A program made the position numbers and the translations under genes. A DNA stretch of 64,000 bases from Octopus vulgaris. Taxonomy: Eukaryota. The first letter of the stretch is position 1. Each line of letters starts with the position of its first letter. Location: the NCBI GenBank assembly GCA_951406725.2, contig OX597826.1, positions 13,578,001-13,642,000 on the forward strand, read 5' to 3'. This document shows positions 1-13,334 of the stretch, in pieces. The notes beneath the pieces were generated by a model, which saw only the letters and a list, made by a program, of their open reading frames with translations, was not told the DNA's origin and did not search any database.

Positions 1-217
1 TTAGACGGAAACGGTGCAGATGCCCATTACAGATGCACGTGCACACACGTGTGTGTGCGTGTGTGTGTGATATAATTACATGCATCCCAACATATTTATA
101 TATATATGTATGTATATATATGTATATATATATAGACACACACGCATACATACACACTCGCGTATATATATATATAAAACTTGTTCGATATATATAAAAA
201 CAGTCCAGTTCTCTCAC

Positions 218-311
<94 letters not shown>

Positions 312-804
312 TTATATATATATGTATGTATATATTTGTGTATATGTATGTATGTATGTATACATATATATGTGCGTATGTAATTAGATCACACTCACAT
401 GCGCGCGTGCACCTGCAACAGGCATCTGCATCGTTTCCGTCTACTAGATTTCACTCTCTAGGCATTGGTAAATTCAAGGTTGTGGTACATAACACATGGC
501 CCCCAAGTTGTAGTGGGGGTACGATGGGATCCCGGAACTACGTGATTGCCAAACGAACGTCTTAAACAAGCTGCCTCGCCTGCGCCCCCTACCACCACCA
601 CTGCAACTGATGCCCTTCCGTTACGTTTCTCAGCAATTAGAGAAACGGTGGAAGAAAAAAACAGAAAATTACGCAGCCATGTTTTACTTTGGAACTCTTG
701 GTTTATTCATTCAGAATTGCGCTTTACCGTTATCGCATGTCCCCCCCCCCCCAACAACCGTAAGGGCTGCGAGTGCTACAGTAGCTACTTCTGTTGCCAA
801 TGGT

Positions 805-1355
805 ATTGATGAGGATGATGATGATGATGAGGAGGAGGAGGAGGAGGAGGAAGACGAAATTGATACAGCTATTACAACTACATCACCAATAACAATTACT
901 ACTATTACTACTATGTCTATGACTACTGCTACTACTACTACCACTACTGTTACTACTATCACCCCTACTACCACCACCAAACCGCCACCACCAAAAACAC
1001 CACCACCAAACACCTCCGCCGCCACCACCGCTGCCGCCGCCGCTGACGCTGACGCTGCCGCCAGCGCTGATGCTGCCGCCACCGCCACCACTGACGCTGA
1101 CGCCACCGCCGCCGCTGCCGCAACCGCCACCACTGCCGCTGCCGCCACCTCAGCCACTGCCGCTGCCGCCCCCGCTGCCGCCCCCGCTGCCGCCACCGCT
1201 GCCGTCACCGCTGCCGTCACCGCTGCCTCCACCGCAACCGCCGCTGCCGCAACCGCCGCTGCCGCAACCGCCGCTGCCGCCATCTCAGCCACTGCCGCTG
1301 CCGCCACTGCTGCCGCTACCGCCACCGCTGCCGCCACCGCTGCTGCACCACCGCT
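805..1355. repeat. Compound trinucleotide repeat (GAT/GAG/ACT/ACC/GCC)
   Basis: Direct inspection. Confidence 0.9.
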
Positions 1356-1812
1356 ATCATTTCTAAAAGTCAATTTCCCCTTCAGGCCTTTTTCTTCTCA
1401 TGGTGTCAATAACAAACTTGTGATACTCTGTAGAAAACTCTCTAAATCTTTATCGAGCATTTGTGCAACATATTACAATATTCGACTGACCTATATTTGC
1501 AAGAATCTTTGTAAAAATCTTGACCATTTAATTGGACTTCTCAAACGGCTTGCCTTTCCTTTAACGTACGTTCCCACAAAAAGACACCTTATGCGCTACG
1601 TAACATACAGCTTGTACATCGCACATGCAGATGCGTCCACACATATGCAAAATCGATCCTAACAAGATACTGTTCCTTCTATTAGAGATTCAATTCAATA
1701 AACCTTCAGATATAATTTAGCGATGTTACATTTGGTCTCCTCCGGTTTCTTTAAGTGATGAAGACATTTTTCAAGGTAACCCTAGTATCGATCAACTGCA
1801 TTTCAATCTGTT

Positions 1813-1851
1813 TTAGGGTTAGGGTTAGTTAGGGTTAAGGTTAGGGTTAGG
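1813..1851 (+). repeat. Interstitial (TTAGGG)n-like repeat
   Basis: ttagggttagggttagttagggttaaggttagggttagg. Confidence 0.85.
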
Positions 1852-3036
1852 AGTGGGGGGAAGGGTATCTTTTTTTCTTCACAAATGTAAATAAACCCAA
1901 TCTGTTTCTTAAACGAGGGACCTATTCATACGACACAGAATGGTCTTTTTTTACCTCAATAGACGTCAGTGATTGGTTGAAATTGCAGAAATTGAAGAAA
2001 AAAAACAACAAATATCTTACAAACTATATAATTTTCTCAATAAAGCCAAGAGAAAAAGATGTTTTATAAACACATTCTACCAGTATACGAAGTGTAAAAT
2101 TTTTAGTTACCTAGAAATTATGTTAAAAACTGCCGTTCAAACCGAAAAGATCCGAGACATGTATACGTATCGATAAGAATTTTTCACCGGCGCCGTATCG
2201 AATTACTGATGCTGCCAGCCAACTACTTTCACCTTACACTTGAATGATACGTCTTTAATAAATATGTATTTCTTCACATAACTCATACAGTCTCATAACT
2301 TGTAATCCGTGTAACTATAAGTAAAATTTAATAGCTGCCTGCAGACATAAGAGTCTTTTATTCAATGTATGCATCACTGATATATCCTTCTGGTAGAAAA
2401 TTTATCTGTATTATATTCGCATATAAATATATCTCGTATATGATTAACTATTGCTGCGTCGGTTTGACGTCACCTTAGTCACTGCATTAACTTCTCGCAA
2501 ATTGTTTGGCAATTTCTGTTTTCAGCTAAGTTTATACGATCCCACTCTCATAGAAAAGGATAATGCATGAGATTTTCGTTTAGTTATGAAAACAGAAATA
2601 CGTTTTAAAAACTTTTACATTCGAAACTGATATCTCTCAGAAAAAATTTGTTAAAGTTTTAACAGACATAGAATACCGATTTCAAATTTTGGCACAAGGA
2701 CAGCAATTTTGAGACTTGGCCTGAAATTTGGGGAAGGTGGATAGTCGACAGCATCGACTTCAGTGCTCAACTTGTACTTATTTTATCGACCCCGAAAGGA
2801 TGAAAGGCGAAATCGACCTCGGCGGGATTTGAACTCACATCATAAATGCGGACGAAATGCTTTAAGCATTTTGTCCGGCGTGTTAACGGTCCTACCAGCT
2901 CGCCACCTTGCAAGTGTAGAATATTGAATCCTTGTTATGGTTTCTAATTCTGGCTCACGGCCAGCAATTTTAAGGGAGTGGTAAATCTATTTCATCAGCA
3001 CAATATGTAACTGATACTTAATTTTATTGACCCTCG

Positions 3037-4212
3037 TAAGGATGTCCTTGGCGGGATTTGAATGCAAAACCTAAGAAATGCCACTAAGCATTTTATCGGA
3101 CGCGCTAACGATTCCTCCAGTTCACCACCATTTTTTAAAAAAAGATTAGTTATGTCTACCGAGAGACTTGAAACCATGATCCTCATTTACCTTTATACTA
3201 TATAAGTCTGACGCTTTAAATATTGAGCTATGTGGGCAGCTCAAGTGACTGCTTCTTTACTCGAGTGGTTTTAATATTTCATTAGCTAAACCTTGCTTTT
3301 CCCTTCTGCTGTATTTTTCAGGATGACCGACAGATATTTTTAACAAACGCACTATTTCGTCGATTTGCATGCTTTCTTGCTATGGTTCAGTTATTGGTTG
3401 AGTGCAGCCACTTGAAAAAGGTAAAAGAAAAACTTATAGATTTGCTTTGACGGTGTTTTTTCAGCTGCAGTGCATGGGATTCTTGCTGGGAGATAGAAGT
3501 TAGACACTTCACTTGAAAGGAACTTCAATACTACGTCCTGTGCATTCAACAAGTACCTTACCAAAGTATCAGTGTATCGAATCAAACGGTCGACCACAGG
3601 GATGCCTGTTTTTTTGCAGGAGACAGCGACTTGCAGCTTTTAAATCTAAACAATAGCTGCGTCAATTTCACAAATCTCAGAGTTTTTACAAAATCCTTCT
3701 TGACTAAGCCCTTAAAAAGTGGAATATGTGGACCTATAACAAGGCGGTGATCTGGCAGAAGCATTAACACACAGGGGGAAAATGCTTAGATGAGAAGAGT
3801 TATTAATATTCAAGGTAGACGTTGTGTTGCTCCAACCTTGTTTTTCAATCGTGGGTTTCCAAATATTTCTAACTGTTGTTTAGTAGTATCCTACCTATTT
3901 CTACTTAATTTATGAAATGGTGTGCTACTGCATATCCTCTTATTAAAATTGGAGAGTGTTTTTAAAGGCGTACATTTGAAAGAATGCTCTTGGTTTTGTA
4001 ATTTATTGTAATAAGGATGTCCTTGGCGGGATTTGAATGCAAAACCTAAGAAATGCCACTAAGCATTTTATCGGATGCGCTAACGATTCTTCCAGCTCAC
4101 CGCCATTTTTTTTTAAAGATTGGTTATGTCCACCGAAAGACTTGAAACCATGACACTCATTTACCTGTATTTGTTTATACTATGTAAGTCTGACGCCCCA
4201 AATATCGAGCTA
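3037..4212. repeat. ~195-bp direct repeats (3037-3230, 4012-4212) flanking ~780 bp of unique DNA
   Basis: taaggatgtccttggcggg...gtctgacgc...gagcta duplicated with scattered substitutions. Confidence 0.85.
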
Positions 4213-4966
4213 ACCCTAACCCTTAAGTCATTTGGAGTTTTTAAAGAATTCCAGTAACAGAGTCATATTTGCGATACTTAGTTATCGCCCGAGGTTTACT
4301 TTTATGTATTTCTATGGAATGGTAAGAATATGCAATGACAACTCAGTTACCTTTGATTCCGTGCGTAAGTTCAGATTCGACAATTCTAAATTACAAGGTT
4401 ATAGAGATGTGTTTAATTAACTTTATTGTATGTAATAATGTCGACTTTTCTTCTGTACATTGCTTCTGATATCGCTTAATCTACACCAGTTATTCTCTAT
4501 CGTATTTTCGTGAGTCTTTTTGTTTTTTTTAAGATTGTCTAATATTCATAAGAATTGCTTCCGTCTTTCCAAGTAAGTTCGTAACTATTCAGAATAAATC
4601 GTATCTGTTTGCATGTCTCGACAGCTTCCTGTTCAGACTCTGTTAAATGTAACTGAAGCCTCACAGCAGCGAATGGTGCCCGTCTTGCCAGTGTTGAAAT
4701 ACAATACATTTCGTCTCTATATACGCTACTATTATTACTTAGACTATTAATAAAATGGTTATTGTTATGACCATTATGCTCATAAGTAAAATTAATGTTT
4801 CTCTTAGTTTTACTAATATCACCACTTATTAGTTATTAGCGTCACTCACATCATTTCCTTTATTCGCAGTCTCCCCGACGAACGTCCTCTGCAACTCTTT
4901 CTTTTTATTCTTCCTTTGACTAAACATTGTCTTACTTATCAGCAACTTTTTTTCTGTACAGGTGAA

Positions 4967-5006
<40 letters not shown>

Positions 5007-5299
5007 GCACAGGCCGCCTATATGTTGTGGGCACATTTGTAACGGCTTTGTAGTACCATCGGGCATCTTTAAAATCATATTTTTGCCCATCTTCTTTTCT
5101 GCTTTGTTGTTGCTGGAAATTGTCGTTGGATTTTGTTGCGATGTTCTACTTCATAGTGGCATAAGTCCAGAAGATGAACTGTTATCTTTTACGATATACA
5201 GAGTCTATGTTAACTTCGTGTCATATTTTTTTTAAAGATCTGTATAATAAAATATTTAAAATTTCGAGAGATATACACTAATGTCAAATCCGACGAGCT

Positions 5300-5697
5300 A
5301 ATCTTTTCTACTATAGGCACAAGGCCTGGATTTTGTGGGGAGTAAGATATTCGATCACATCGACTCCAATACTCAACTGGTACTTGATTTATCGACCTTG
5401 AAAGGATGAAAGGCAAAGTCGACCTCGGCCGAATTTGAACTCAGAACGTAAAGACAGATGAAATACCTATTTCTTTACGACCCACAAGGAGCTAAACACA
5501 GAGAGGACAAACAAGGACAAACGGATTAAGTCGATTATATCGACCCCAGTGCTTAACTGGTACTTATTTAATCGATCCCGAAAGGATGAAAGGCAAAGTC
5601 GACCTCGGTGGAATTTGAACTCAGAACGTAACGACAAACGAAATATCGCCAAGCATTTCGCCCTGCGTGCTAACGTTTCTGCCAGCTCGCCCCCTTC
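5300..5697 (-). mobile_element. Same SINE, dimer
   Basis: Reverse complement of head/body/tail. Junction aaatacc|tatttc at ~5466. Confidence 0.85.
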
Positions 5698-7472
5698 ATT
5701 CGATGAGCTAATAAGATACTAGTTTTCTCTTTCGACATAATGCAACATAATAACAATGACAATTAATAATGGTTTAATAAGCGACTGTGTAGCAGTCAAA
5801 TGTAATAATACCAAGCGATTATGAAGGAGTTTGGGGGAGTCGAAATGCTTAGGAATTTAGTGCATTAGATATTGAATTTGAAATTTTGTCACACAGAAGT
5901 AATATATCCGTCATACTATTTAGAATTAGTACAAACGAAACGATACGCGACCACTTCCATAAATATGTCTTTAAAATAGATAGACCCCTTCCAAAGAATA
6001 TAAATGCGTGGACTTTGACGTATTGTCAGAGAATTTTCCCACAGTAATTGTAAGCTTTGAGCATGTTTTTCTAAGATGTACTTAATTATGTTTAATGTAA
6101 GGAGGGAAACTTCTGATGTGTTTTTCAAAACATGGATAAGAAAATAATCACAAACGACTATTAAAACCAAAGAAAATTAAAAGAACGAAATGTTTAACAT
6201 TATAGAAAGAATTAAACTGAAACAAGATTTCCAGGAACAAACAGCACAAAATAGCGGAAGGAAGAAGTTAAGAAATGTAGAAATGTTATCAGATGTGTGC
6301 AAGCTGTAGAAGTAAAGAAAACAATGCTTTTGAACCATTATTTCTTTTTGAATGGAAAATACTCGCTGGAAACGATTATGTTAATCTTATAATAATAATC
6401 CGACGTTACACAAGTAGCTTGGGTGCAACATGTAAGATATATAGGAAGTTATTCAATGTGGAATAGAAAGTGGGAAGGAGGACCACATTGCACAATAAGA
6501 GTAATTATTATAAGCGAAAAAACAGCTCTGCAAGAAACTGGATATAATTTTGAACATATTTTCCACAAATGACATATTGATAAGTCAGAAGACACATTGA
6601 GAAACCCGTTGATGGAAAACAAATAGCAGGACACAATGTATTAACATTAATAACAAGTCTTTAAGAAAAGCAAAAGGCGGAAGAGAAGATATACGTGGTA
6701 ATGAAAGTGATTAAGGAAGTGAAGACATTTGCAAGATATCATAAAAGTTAAGTATTAAGATATATCGGTTTCATATTTTGGAACAAGGCCAGCAATTTCA
6801 TGGGAAAAGGGCTAGTCGATTACATCGACTCCAACGCTCAACTGACCCCGAAACGGATGTAAAACAAAGTCACCTCGGCAGAATTTGAAGTTAAAACGTG
6901 AAGACCGCCGGCATTCTGCTAAGCATCTTACCCGGCGTGCTTACAATTCTGCCAGTCGCCACCTTAAAGTATTAAGAAATATTCAAACACAAATTTCGTT
7001 TCTCTTGAAAGCAGCCAAATGGCAATCCTTAACATGAATGACAAAATTACTCCCAGGATTTGTTCCGATGCTTTGCACACTGATCTGAAATCCGGCCGAG
7101 TTCAACGGTGCACTCATACATTCAGGGACAAGATAAAATCTAGCAGCCCAGGGCAACGGATTGTTGGACTGTTAGGGTGTCGAACGAGATGCTATGCATA
7201 ATTTATTTTGGCTCTTTGTATTCGGTGTTCTTAGTTGGTAGATTTAATCCACCGCCTGTTTTAACAAAAAACCATCTGACTCTTGAGTTTCTTTAGCATT
7301 CGGGTCTGATCAACCACTGTCAAGATACTTTCTTCCTTTCTTCGTCTCAGTCGCAAAAACCCTGTAAAAGTATAATCATGGATTGTAACATTCTCACTGA
7401 CGTAGCCTTAAAATACGCTAACGCTTGATAACTTTAAGCATTTTGATACATCATCTGCTCCTGCTGCTGCTG

Positions 7473-7522
<50 letters not shown>

Positions 7523-7939
7523 GATGCTGCTGCTGCTGCTGCTAAAATGTTGGTTATTTAATGCTTAAAGGTTTTCTAAAAAACGAGTCAGCGCCTATGA
7601 ACTGTTTGCAGGGTCTGTAAGAGTGGCCGGGAAAAAAGTGGAGGGAAGAAACTACTACTCATTGGTTGCTATAGTTCGAAACATGTTTCAGGTTGTCAAG
7701 TGGTGGTGGTGGTGGTGGTGGTGGTGGTAATGAGAACGAACACAGACACGAACACACATATATGTGATGAGCTTCTTTCAACTTCCGCCTACCAAATCTA
7801 GTTTGGACAGCAAGAGACTATAGTAGAAGACACTTGCCCAAGGTGCCACACAGTGGGACTGAACCTGATACCTTGTGATTTGTGATTGAGATGCAAGCTT
7901 CATGCCGCACAACCACGCCGACGCCTGCGTATGTATATA

Positions 7940-8356
7940 TACTCTTTTATTATTTTACTCTTTTACTTGTTTCAGTCATTTGACTGCGGCCATGCTGGAG
8001 CACCGCCTTTAGTCGAGCAAATCGACCCCGGGACTTATTCTTTGTAAGCCCAGTACTTATTCTATCGGTCTGTATGGCGGAACCGCTAAGTGACGGGGAC
8101 GTAAACACACCAGCATCGACTGTCAAGCAATGCTAGGGGGACAACACAGACACACAAACACACACACACACATACATATATATATATTTACATATATACG
8201 ACAGGCTTCTTTCAGTTTCCGTCTACCAAATCCACTCACAAGGCATTGGTCAGCCCGGGGCTATAGCAGAAGACACTTGCCCAAGATGCCACGCAGTGGG
8301 ACTGAACCCGCAACCATGTGGTTAGTTAGCAAGCTACTTACCACACAGCCACTCCT
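7940..8356 (-). mobile_element. Second tRNA-derived SINE family (CORE-like) with internal (TA)/(CA) microsatellite
   Basis: Minus strand ggagtggctgtgtggtaag (A box)...ggttcagtccc (B box)...ttgggcaagtgtctt. Tail gactgaaacaagtaaaagagta. Other copies 18130-18500+, 19320-19736-, 35290-35865-, 45525-45917-, partial 410-580, 7760-7925, 8950-9060, 32577-32682. Confidence 0.85.
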
Positions 8357-8778
8357 GAATGTGTGTGTGTGTGTAAAATCTCACCGTATGAAACATATGA
8401 AAATAACAACAATATTCTATGGTTTTGATGTACGGAAAGAAATACAGAATCTCCTGACGGGGGTTTCTGTTCCCCTAACATTGGTGAAGAATATTCATCT
8501 TCTAAATAATGCATTTAGGAACCTTATGCAAGAAACAAAGACAAAAAAAAAGACATGTAGTCCAGCAATGCTAGAAAAATAAAGAGGGAGAGCCGAGATA
8601 TTTTATTGCATCAGTGTACTGTTATATTATTTTTAATCTGGTTACACACACTGATAAACAATTTGAATTTCAGTACGTGGGTATACGAATGGATGGGTAT
8701 GTATTTATGCGTGTACGCATACATATATAATATATATATATTATATATTGTATAGGTATGTATGTATATAAATATATA

Positions 8779-8828
<50 letters not shown>

Positions 8829-8863
8829 TATTCGTATATCTATCTATCTATATATATATATAT

Positions 8864-8931
<68 letters not shown>

Positions 8932-9093
8932 CTTTATTTGTTTATTTATTTCAGTTGTTTGAATGCGGCCATGCTGGAGCACCGCATTTAGTCGAACAAA
9001 TCAACCCCAGGACTTATGTTTTGTAAACTTCCCACTTATTCTATCGGGGACGTAAACTCACCATATACATATATATACATATATATATATATA

Positions 9094-9140
<47 letters not shown>

Positions 9141-9576
9141 GCGTATCTGTACAAATATAAATATATAAATATACGTATATTTATATACTTAAATAGTATT
9201 TATGTGCATATGTATTATGTGTGCGTATCTGTGTAATTGAAGATAGCAAGAAGAGGCCGAAACCAAAAGAAAAATGATGACGATGATGATGATGGCGGCG
9301 GCGGCGGTGGTGGTGGCGTTGGGTAGTGTTGGAGGAAGAGACTGAGGGATAGGAAGGGTAATGGATGTAGATAGTAAAGAAAAAGCGGAAGAGGACATAG
9401 CAAAAATCGAGGTTTTGCTTGCCTCCAATTTCTGGCCTTTGTAGGGCAAAAGCGGAAATAATTTGATAGAGGCGAAATGTTTACCAAAGATTCTTAGAGC
9501 CAAGAAATTTATACTCGGTAAACAAATAGATGAATATACATACGTTAATTAATTGAAATATACATACCATACATGC

Positions 9577-9632
<56 letters not shown>

Positions 9633-9947
9633 GTGTATGTGTATGGTGTATGTTTGCGTTCGTAAGTGTTTGTGGACGTGTTTTACAAATACACATGCAT
9701 TCACACACACACAGACATATATGTTATGTATATTTAAATATATATATGCCTATATATACCTATGCATGTTTATATATGTGTGTGTGTGTGTGTTTGTACG
9801 TATGTATGTATATGTATATATGAGTGTGTTTGTGTGTATGTATATACATGTATGTATGAAATGAATCAATATGTATATACGAAGTGCTTATATATATATA
9901 TATATATATCTATATCTATATATGCTTATATATATATGTATATGTGC

Positions 9948-9996
<49 letters not shown>

Positions 9997-9997
9997 C

Positions 9998-10030
<33 letters not shown>

Positions 10031-10128
10031 ACGGGAAGCTTTATGAAAATAAACAAAAGACGAAGGCAGGTGGAAAACAAACGAACAATTGTATTAGTAT
10101 GGCGCTCAGGAAATATAAATAAAACAAG

Positions 10129-10166
10129 TCTTTAACGTTTCGAGCCTACGCTCTTCAACAGAAAGA
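10129..10166 (-). ncRNA. Minimal type I hammerhead-like motif, 3' pseudo-LTR (variant core CUGUUGA)
   Basis: UCUUU-CUGUUGA-A-GAGC(GUAG)GCUC-GAAA-CG-UU-AAAGA. Stem I UCUUU/AAAGA, loopless palindromic stem III. Confidence 0.7.
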
Positions 10167-10658
10167 TACACACAGAGAGAAAAACACAGAAAGAAGGAGA
10201 GAAAAAAAATGCGTGCAGTAGCTAACGAATCAACATGGCGATCTGATTTCGGCCAGAGGTCAAAGATCAAACATGAGACGCGAGAGCGAAATAAGGGGAG
10301 ATAATAGGGTTGAGGGACCAGCTAAAAGTGCGTGGGAGGGGTCTGGATGTGTGTATGTATAGGGTTGGTGTATGTATTAGTATGTATAAGGGTGTGTGTG
10401 TGTGTGTGTGTGTGTGTATGAGAGAGTATTAGTGCGTAGGATTGGTCTGGACGTGCGTATGTATGGGGTTGGTGTATGTATTAGTATGTATTAGTATGTA
10501 TTAGTACGTATTGGTATGTATAGGTGTGTGTGTGTGTGTGTGAGAGAGTATAAGTGCGTATGCGGGGTCTGGACGTGTGTATGTATAGGGTTGGTGTAAG
10601 TATTAGTATGTACTAGTATGTATTAGTACGTATTAGTATGTATTAGTTGGTGTGTGTA

Positions 10659-13334
10659 TTAGTATGGCACATCATATGTGATGTGATGTGTAAAGTCATG
10701 TGGTGTAGTGAGGAGAAGAGGGGGAGGGGAGAAGAGGGGGAGAAGGGGAGGGGAAGAAGAGGGGGAGGGGATGGTGAAGAGGAGAGGATGGGGAGAAGGA
10801 AGGGGAGGAGAGGGATGAAGGAGGAAAGAGGGAGAGGGGGAGAGAGAGGGAGAGGGGGAGAGAGGGGAGAGAGAAGGGGAGAGAGGGAGTGAGGGAGCAG
10901 AGGGAAGGGGAAGAGGGAGGGAGAAAGAGGGAAGAAGGGAAGAAGGGAAGGGGAGTAGGGGTGAAAGGATGAAGGACTGAAGAGGTAGTGGTCGGGGGGA
11001 GAAAGGATAGGTGAGGAGGGGGAGAGGGGGGTTAGATGAGGAGGGGGGAGAGTTGAGACCAAATGGCGTATAAGAGCGAAGAGAGAAGATTAATTCCTGT
11101 TCACGGCGCAAACGGGAATCCGGATGGCCTCTGTGTAAGGACAAACCGAACACAGATAGGTGTTGCAAGGAGTGACCGGTGGAGCGGAAATGGCGTGAGA
11201 CCGGTGTGTCGTTCGCAAGGTGGATGTCACGAAGGTGTTCCGCGAACCGGTCAGCCAAGCGGCGTCCCGTTTGTCCGATGTACAAGGAATTGCAGAGAGA
11301 GCAAGAGATGCAATAGATAATATTGCTGGAGGTGCAGGTGAAGGAGTGGATGATGGGATAGGGTCGATGGTGGGTGCTAGTGAGGCGGGTGGTGTTGGAG
11401 AGGTAAGGGCAAGTGCGGCAACGTGGGCGGAAGCAGGGGAACGAGCCGGGTTGGGAGGTAGGGTCAGGGAAGGAGCTATGGACCAAAAGGTCTCGAAGGT
11501 TGTGGGCTCGTTTGAAAGAGGGGAGGGGTCGGTTAGGGAAGAGGTGTGAAGTGGACGGGTCGGACTGGAGATGACGGAAAGCTCGAAGAATGGTGCGTTG
11601 GAGACGTAGGGTCGTGGGGTGGTAAGTGAGGGGAAAAGGGAGGCGGGAGACTACAGGGCGGGTTCGGGGAGAGAGAGCAGATACACGGTCCACGGACCGT
11701 GCTCTGGCAAGGGCGGTGTGGATAGTGGTGAGGGGGTATCCACGTAGGGTGAAGTGGTGAGCCATACGTTGAGACTGAGTCTCAAAGTCATGGTCGTCAC
11801 TACAGAGCCTACGTAGACGGAGGAATTGGGAATAGGGGATGGAAAGCTTGGTGTGTTCTGGGTGGGAGGAAGAGAAGTTGAGGTATGAGTGTGAGTCTGT
11901 GTGTTTGTAGTGAATGGAGGTGGTAAGAGTGGAGTCAAGAATGCTAACCGAAATGTCGAGGAAGGAGACAGAGGTGTTGGAGATAGTGGAAGTGAAGTGG
12001 AGGGCTGGATGGAAAGATTGGACGAAAGAGAGGAAGGAATCTAGATGTTCGCGGGAGAGTGAGGTGGCACCGATAATGTCGTCAATATAACGACCATATA
12101 GTTCAGGAGTGGGACCAGTGAAAGTAGAGAATATTTGGGCCTCAACATAGCCAACGAACAGGTTCGCATAGTTGGGGCCCATTCGCGTTCCCATGGCCAC
12201 TCCCGAGACCTGATGGTAGAACTCGCCCGCGAACGAGAAGCAGTTCAGAGTAAGGACAAGTTCGGCCAGACGAATGAGTGTGGAGGTGTCAGGTACAGGG
12301 TTAGAGCGGAGGTCAAGAAAGTGTCGAAGGGCCTGCAGTCCTTCGTGGTGAGGGATAACAGTATAGAGGCTTTGGATGTCCATAGTAAAAAGGATTTTGG
12401 AGGAGCCGGGAGGAAAGGAGAAAGAGTTGAAAAGCCGGAGAGCATGGTTGGTATCGTGGATGTGGGAGGGAAGAGATGCCACTAGGGGGGCAAGGACACG
12501 GTCGAGGTATTTAGAGATGAGCTCCGTGGGGCAGTTACAGGCGGAGACGATGGGGCGGCCAGGGTTGTTGGGTTTGTGGATTTTGGGGAGGAAGTAAATG
12601 GTGGGGGTACGTGGGGTTCGCACAATTAGGTTGGATGCGGTGCGGGGGAGACGGGAGGACGAGATGAGGTCTTGGACAGTAGAGGATACCGTCTGTTGGT
12701 AGCTACGTGTGGGGTTAGAGGGCAGAGGGGAATAGAAGGAGGTGTCATTGAGTTGGCGGAAAGCCTCGGCCCTATAGAGGTCCGCGCGCCACACCACTAC
12801 AGCTCCACCCTTGTCAGCCGGTTTGATGATAATGTCAGCGCGCCGTTGGAGGGAACGAAGAGCCAAGAGCTCAGCCGGGGAGATGTTGAGGCGGCGTTGG
12901 CGCCTGGAGAAGTTGAACCGCTCCAATGCACGCTGACAAGCGCCCGCGAAAAGATCCACTGCTAGGATCTGGCCAGGGGCAGGCGTCCACGGGGATGGTC
13001 GGCGGCCCAGGCCAGTGAAGCAGTCGTCCTCTTCGTTGGGTGTGGGTGGCGAGTCGTGGTAATGCGCACCCAACCGGACACGGCGTACAAAGCTGTGGAC
13101 ATCAACTCGCGTCTGGAATTCCTTACAGGATGGAGTGAGGGGGATGAAACGCAGACCCCTACCAAGGACGGAGCGTTCAGCCGCAGAGAGGGGAAGATCG
13201 GGGGGAATGGTAACAACAGACGGAAGTGGAGAAGGGGTAGGTGGAATAGAAGTGGGAGGGGTGGTAGGTCTCGTGGAGGTCTGAGGGGGAGGGATTGGGG
13301 AGGTGTGTGGGGGTGGTTGGGCGGGGCAGTAGGG
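10659..13334 (-). CDS. Penelope-type reverse transcriptase + GIY-YIG endonuclease (frame open to TAA at 13335-13337; track start 13073 is an internal TTG)
   Basis: Motifs KPADKGGAVVVW, FLPKIHK, GRPIVS, MDIQSLYT, GVAMGTRMGP, RYIDD, SQFLRLRRLCS. PCxxxxCxxC knuckle. IIYCISC...LYIGQT...RFAEH GIY-YIG. Upstream in-frame VVTIPPDLPLSAAERSVLGRGLRFIP. Confidence 0.95.
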   Translation of the reverse strand, partial: PYCPAQPPPHTSPIPPPQTSTRPTTPPTSIPPTPSPLPSVVTIPPDLPLSAAERSVLGRGLRFIPLTPSCKEFQTRVDVHSFVRRVRLGAHYHDSPPTPNEEDDCFTGLGRRPSPWTPAPGQILAVDLFAGACQRALERFNFSRRQRRLNISPAELLALRSLQRRADIIIKPADKGGAVVVWRADLYRAEAFRQLNDTSFYSPLPSNPTRSYQQTVSSTVQDLISSSRLPRTASNLIVRTPRTPTIYFLPKIHKPNNPGRPIVSACNCPTELISKYLDRVLAPLVASLPSHIHDTNHALRLFNSFSFPPGSSKILFTMDIQSLYTVIPHHEGLQALRHFLDLRSNPVPDTSTLIRLAELVLTLNCFSFAGEFYHQVSGVAMGTRMGPNYANLFVGYVEAQIFSTFTGPTPELYGRYIDDIIGATSLSREHLDSFLSFVQSFHPALHFTSTISNTSVSFLDISVSILDSTLTTSIHYKHTDSHSYLNFSSSHPEHTKLSIPYSQFLRLRRLCSDDHDFETQSQRMAHHFTLRGYPLTTIHTALARARSVDRVSALSPRTRPVVSRLPFPLTYHPTTLRLQRTILRAFRHLQSDPSTSHLFPNRPLPSFKRAHNLRDLLVHSSFPDPTSQPGSFPCFRPRCRTCPYLSNTTRLTSTHHRPYPIIHSFTCTSSNIIYCISCSLCNSLYIGQTGRRLADRFAEHLRDIHLANDTPVSRHFRSTGHSLQHLSVFGLSLHRGHPDSRLRREQELIFSLRSYTPFGLNSPPSSSNPPLPLLTYPFSPRPLPLQSFILSPLLPFPSSLLPSFSLPLPLPSAPSLPLSPSLSPLSPSPSLSPSPSFLLHPSPPLPSPHPLLFTIPSPSSSPPLLPLFSPPPLLLTTPHDFTHHITYDVPY

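Noticed and set aside
610-1662. 350-aa Ala/Thr/Glu-rich ORF
   Set aside because: Open only because of stop-free trinucleotide repeats. Open in several frames and strands, with no domain.
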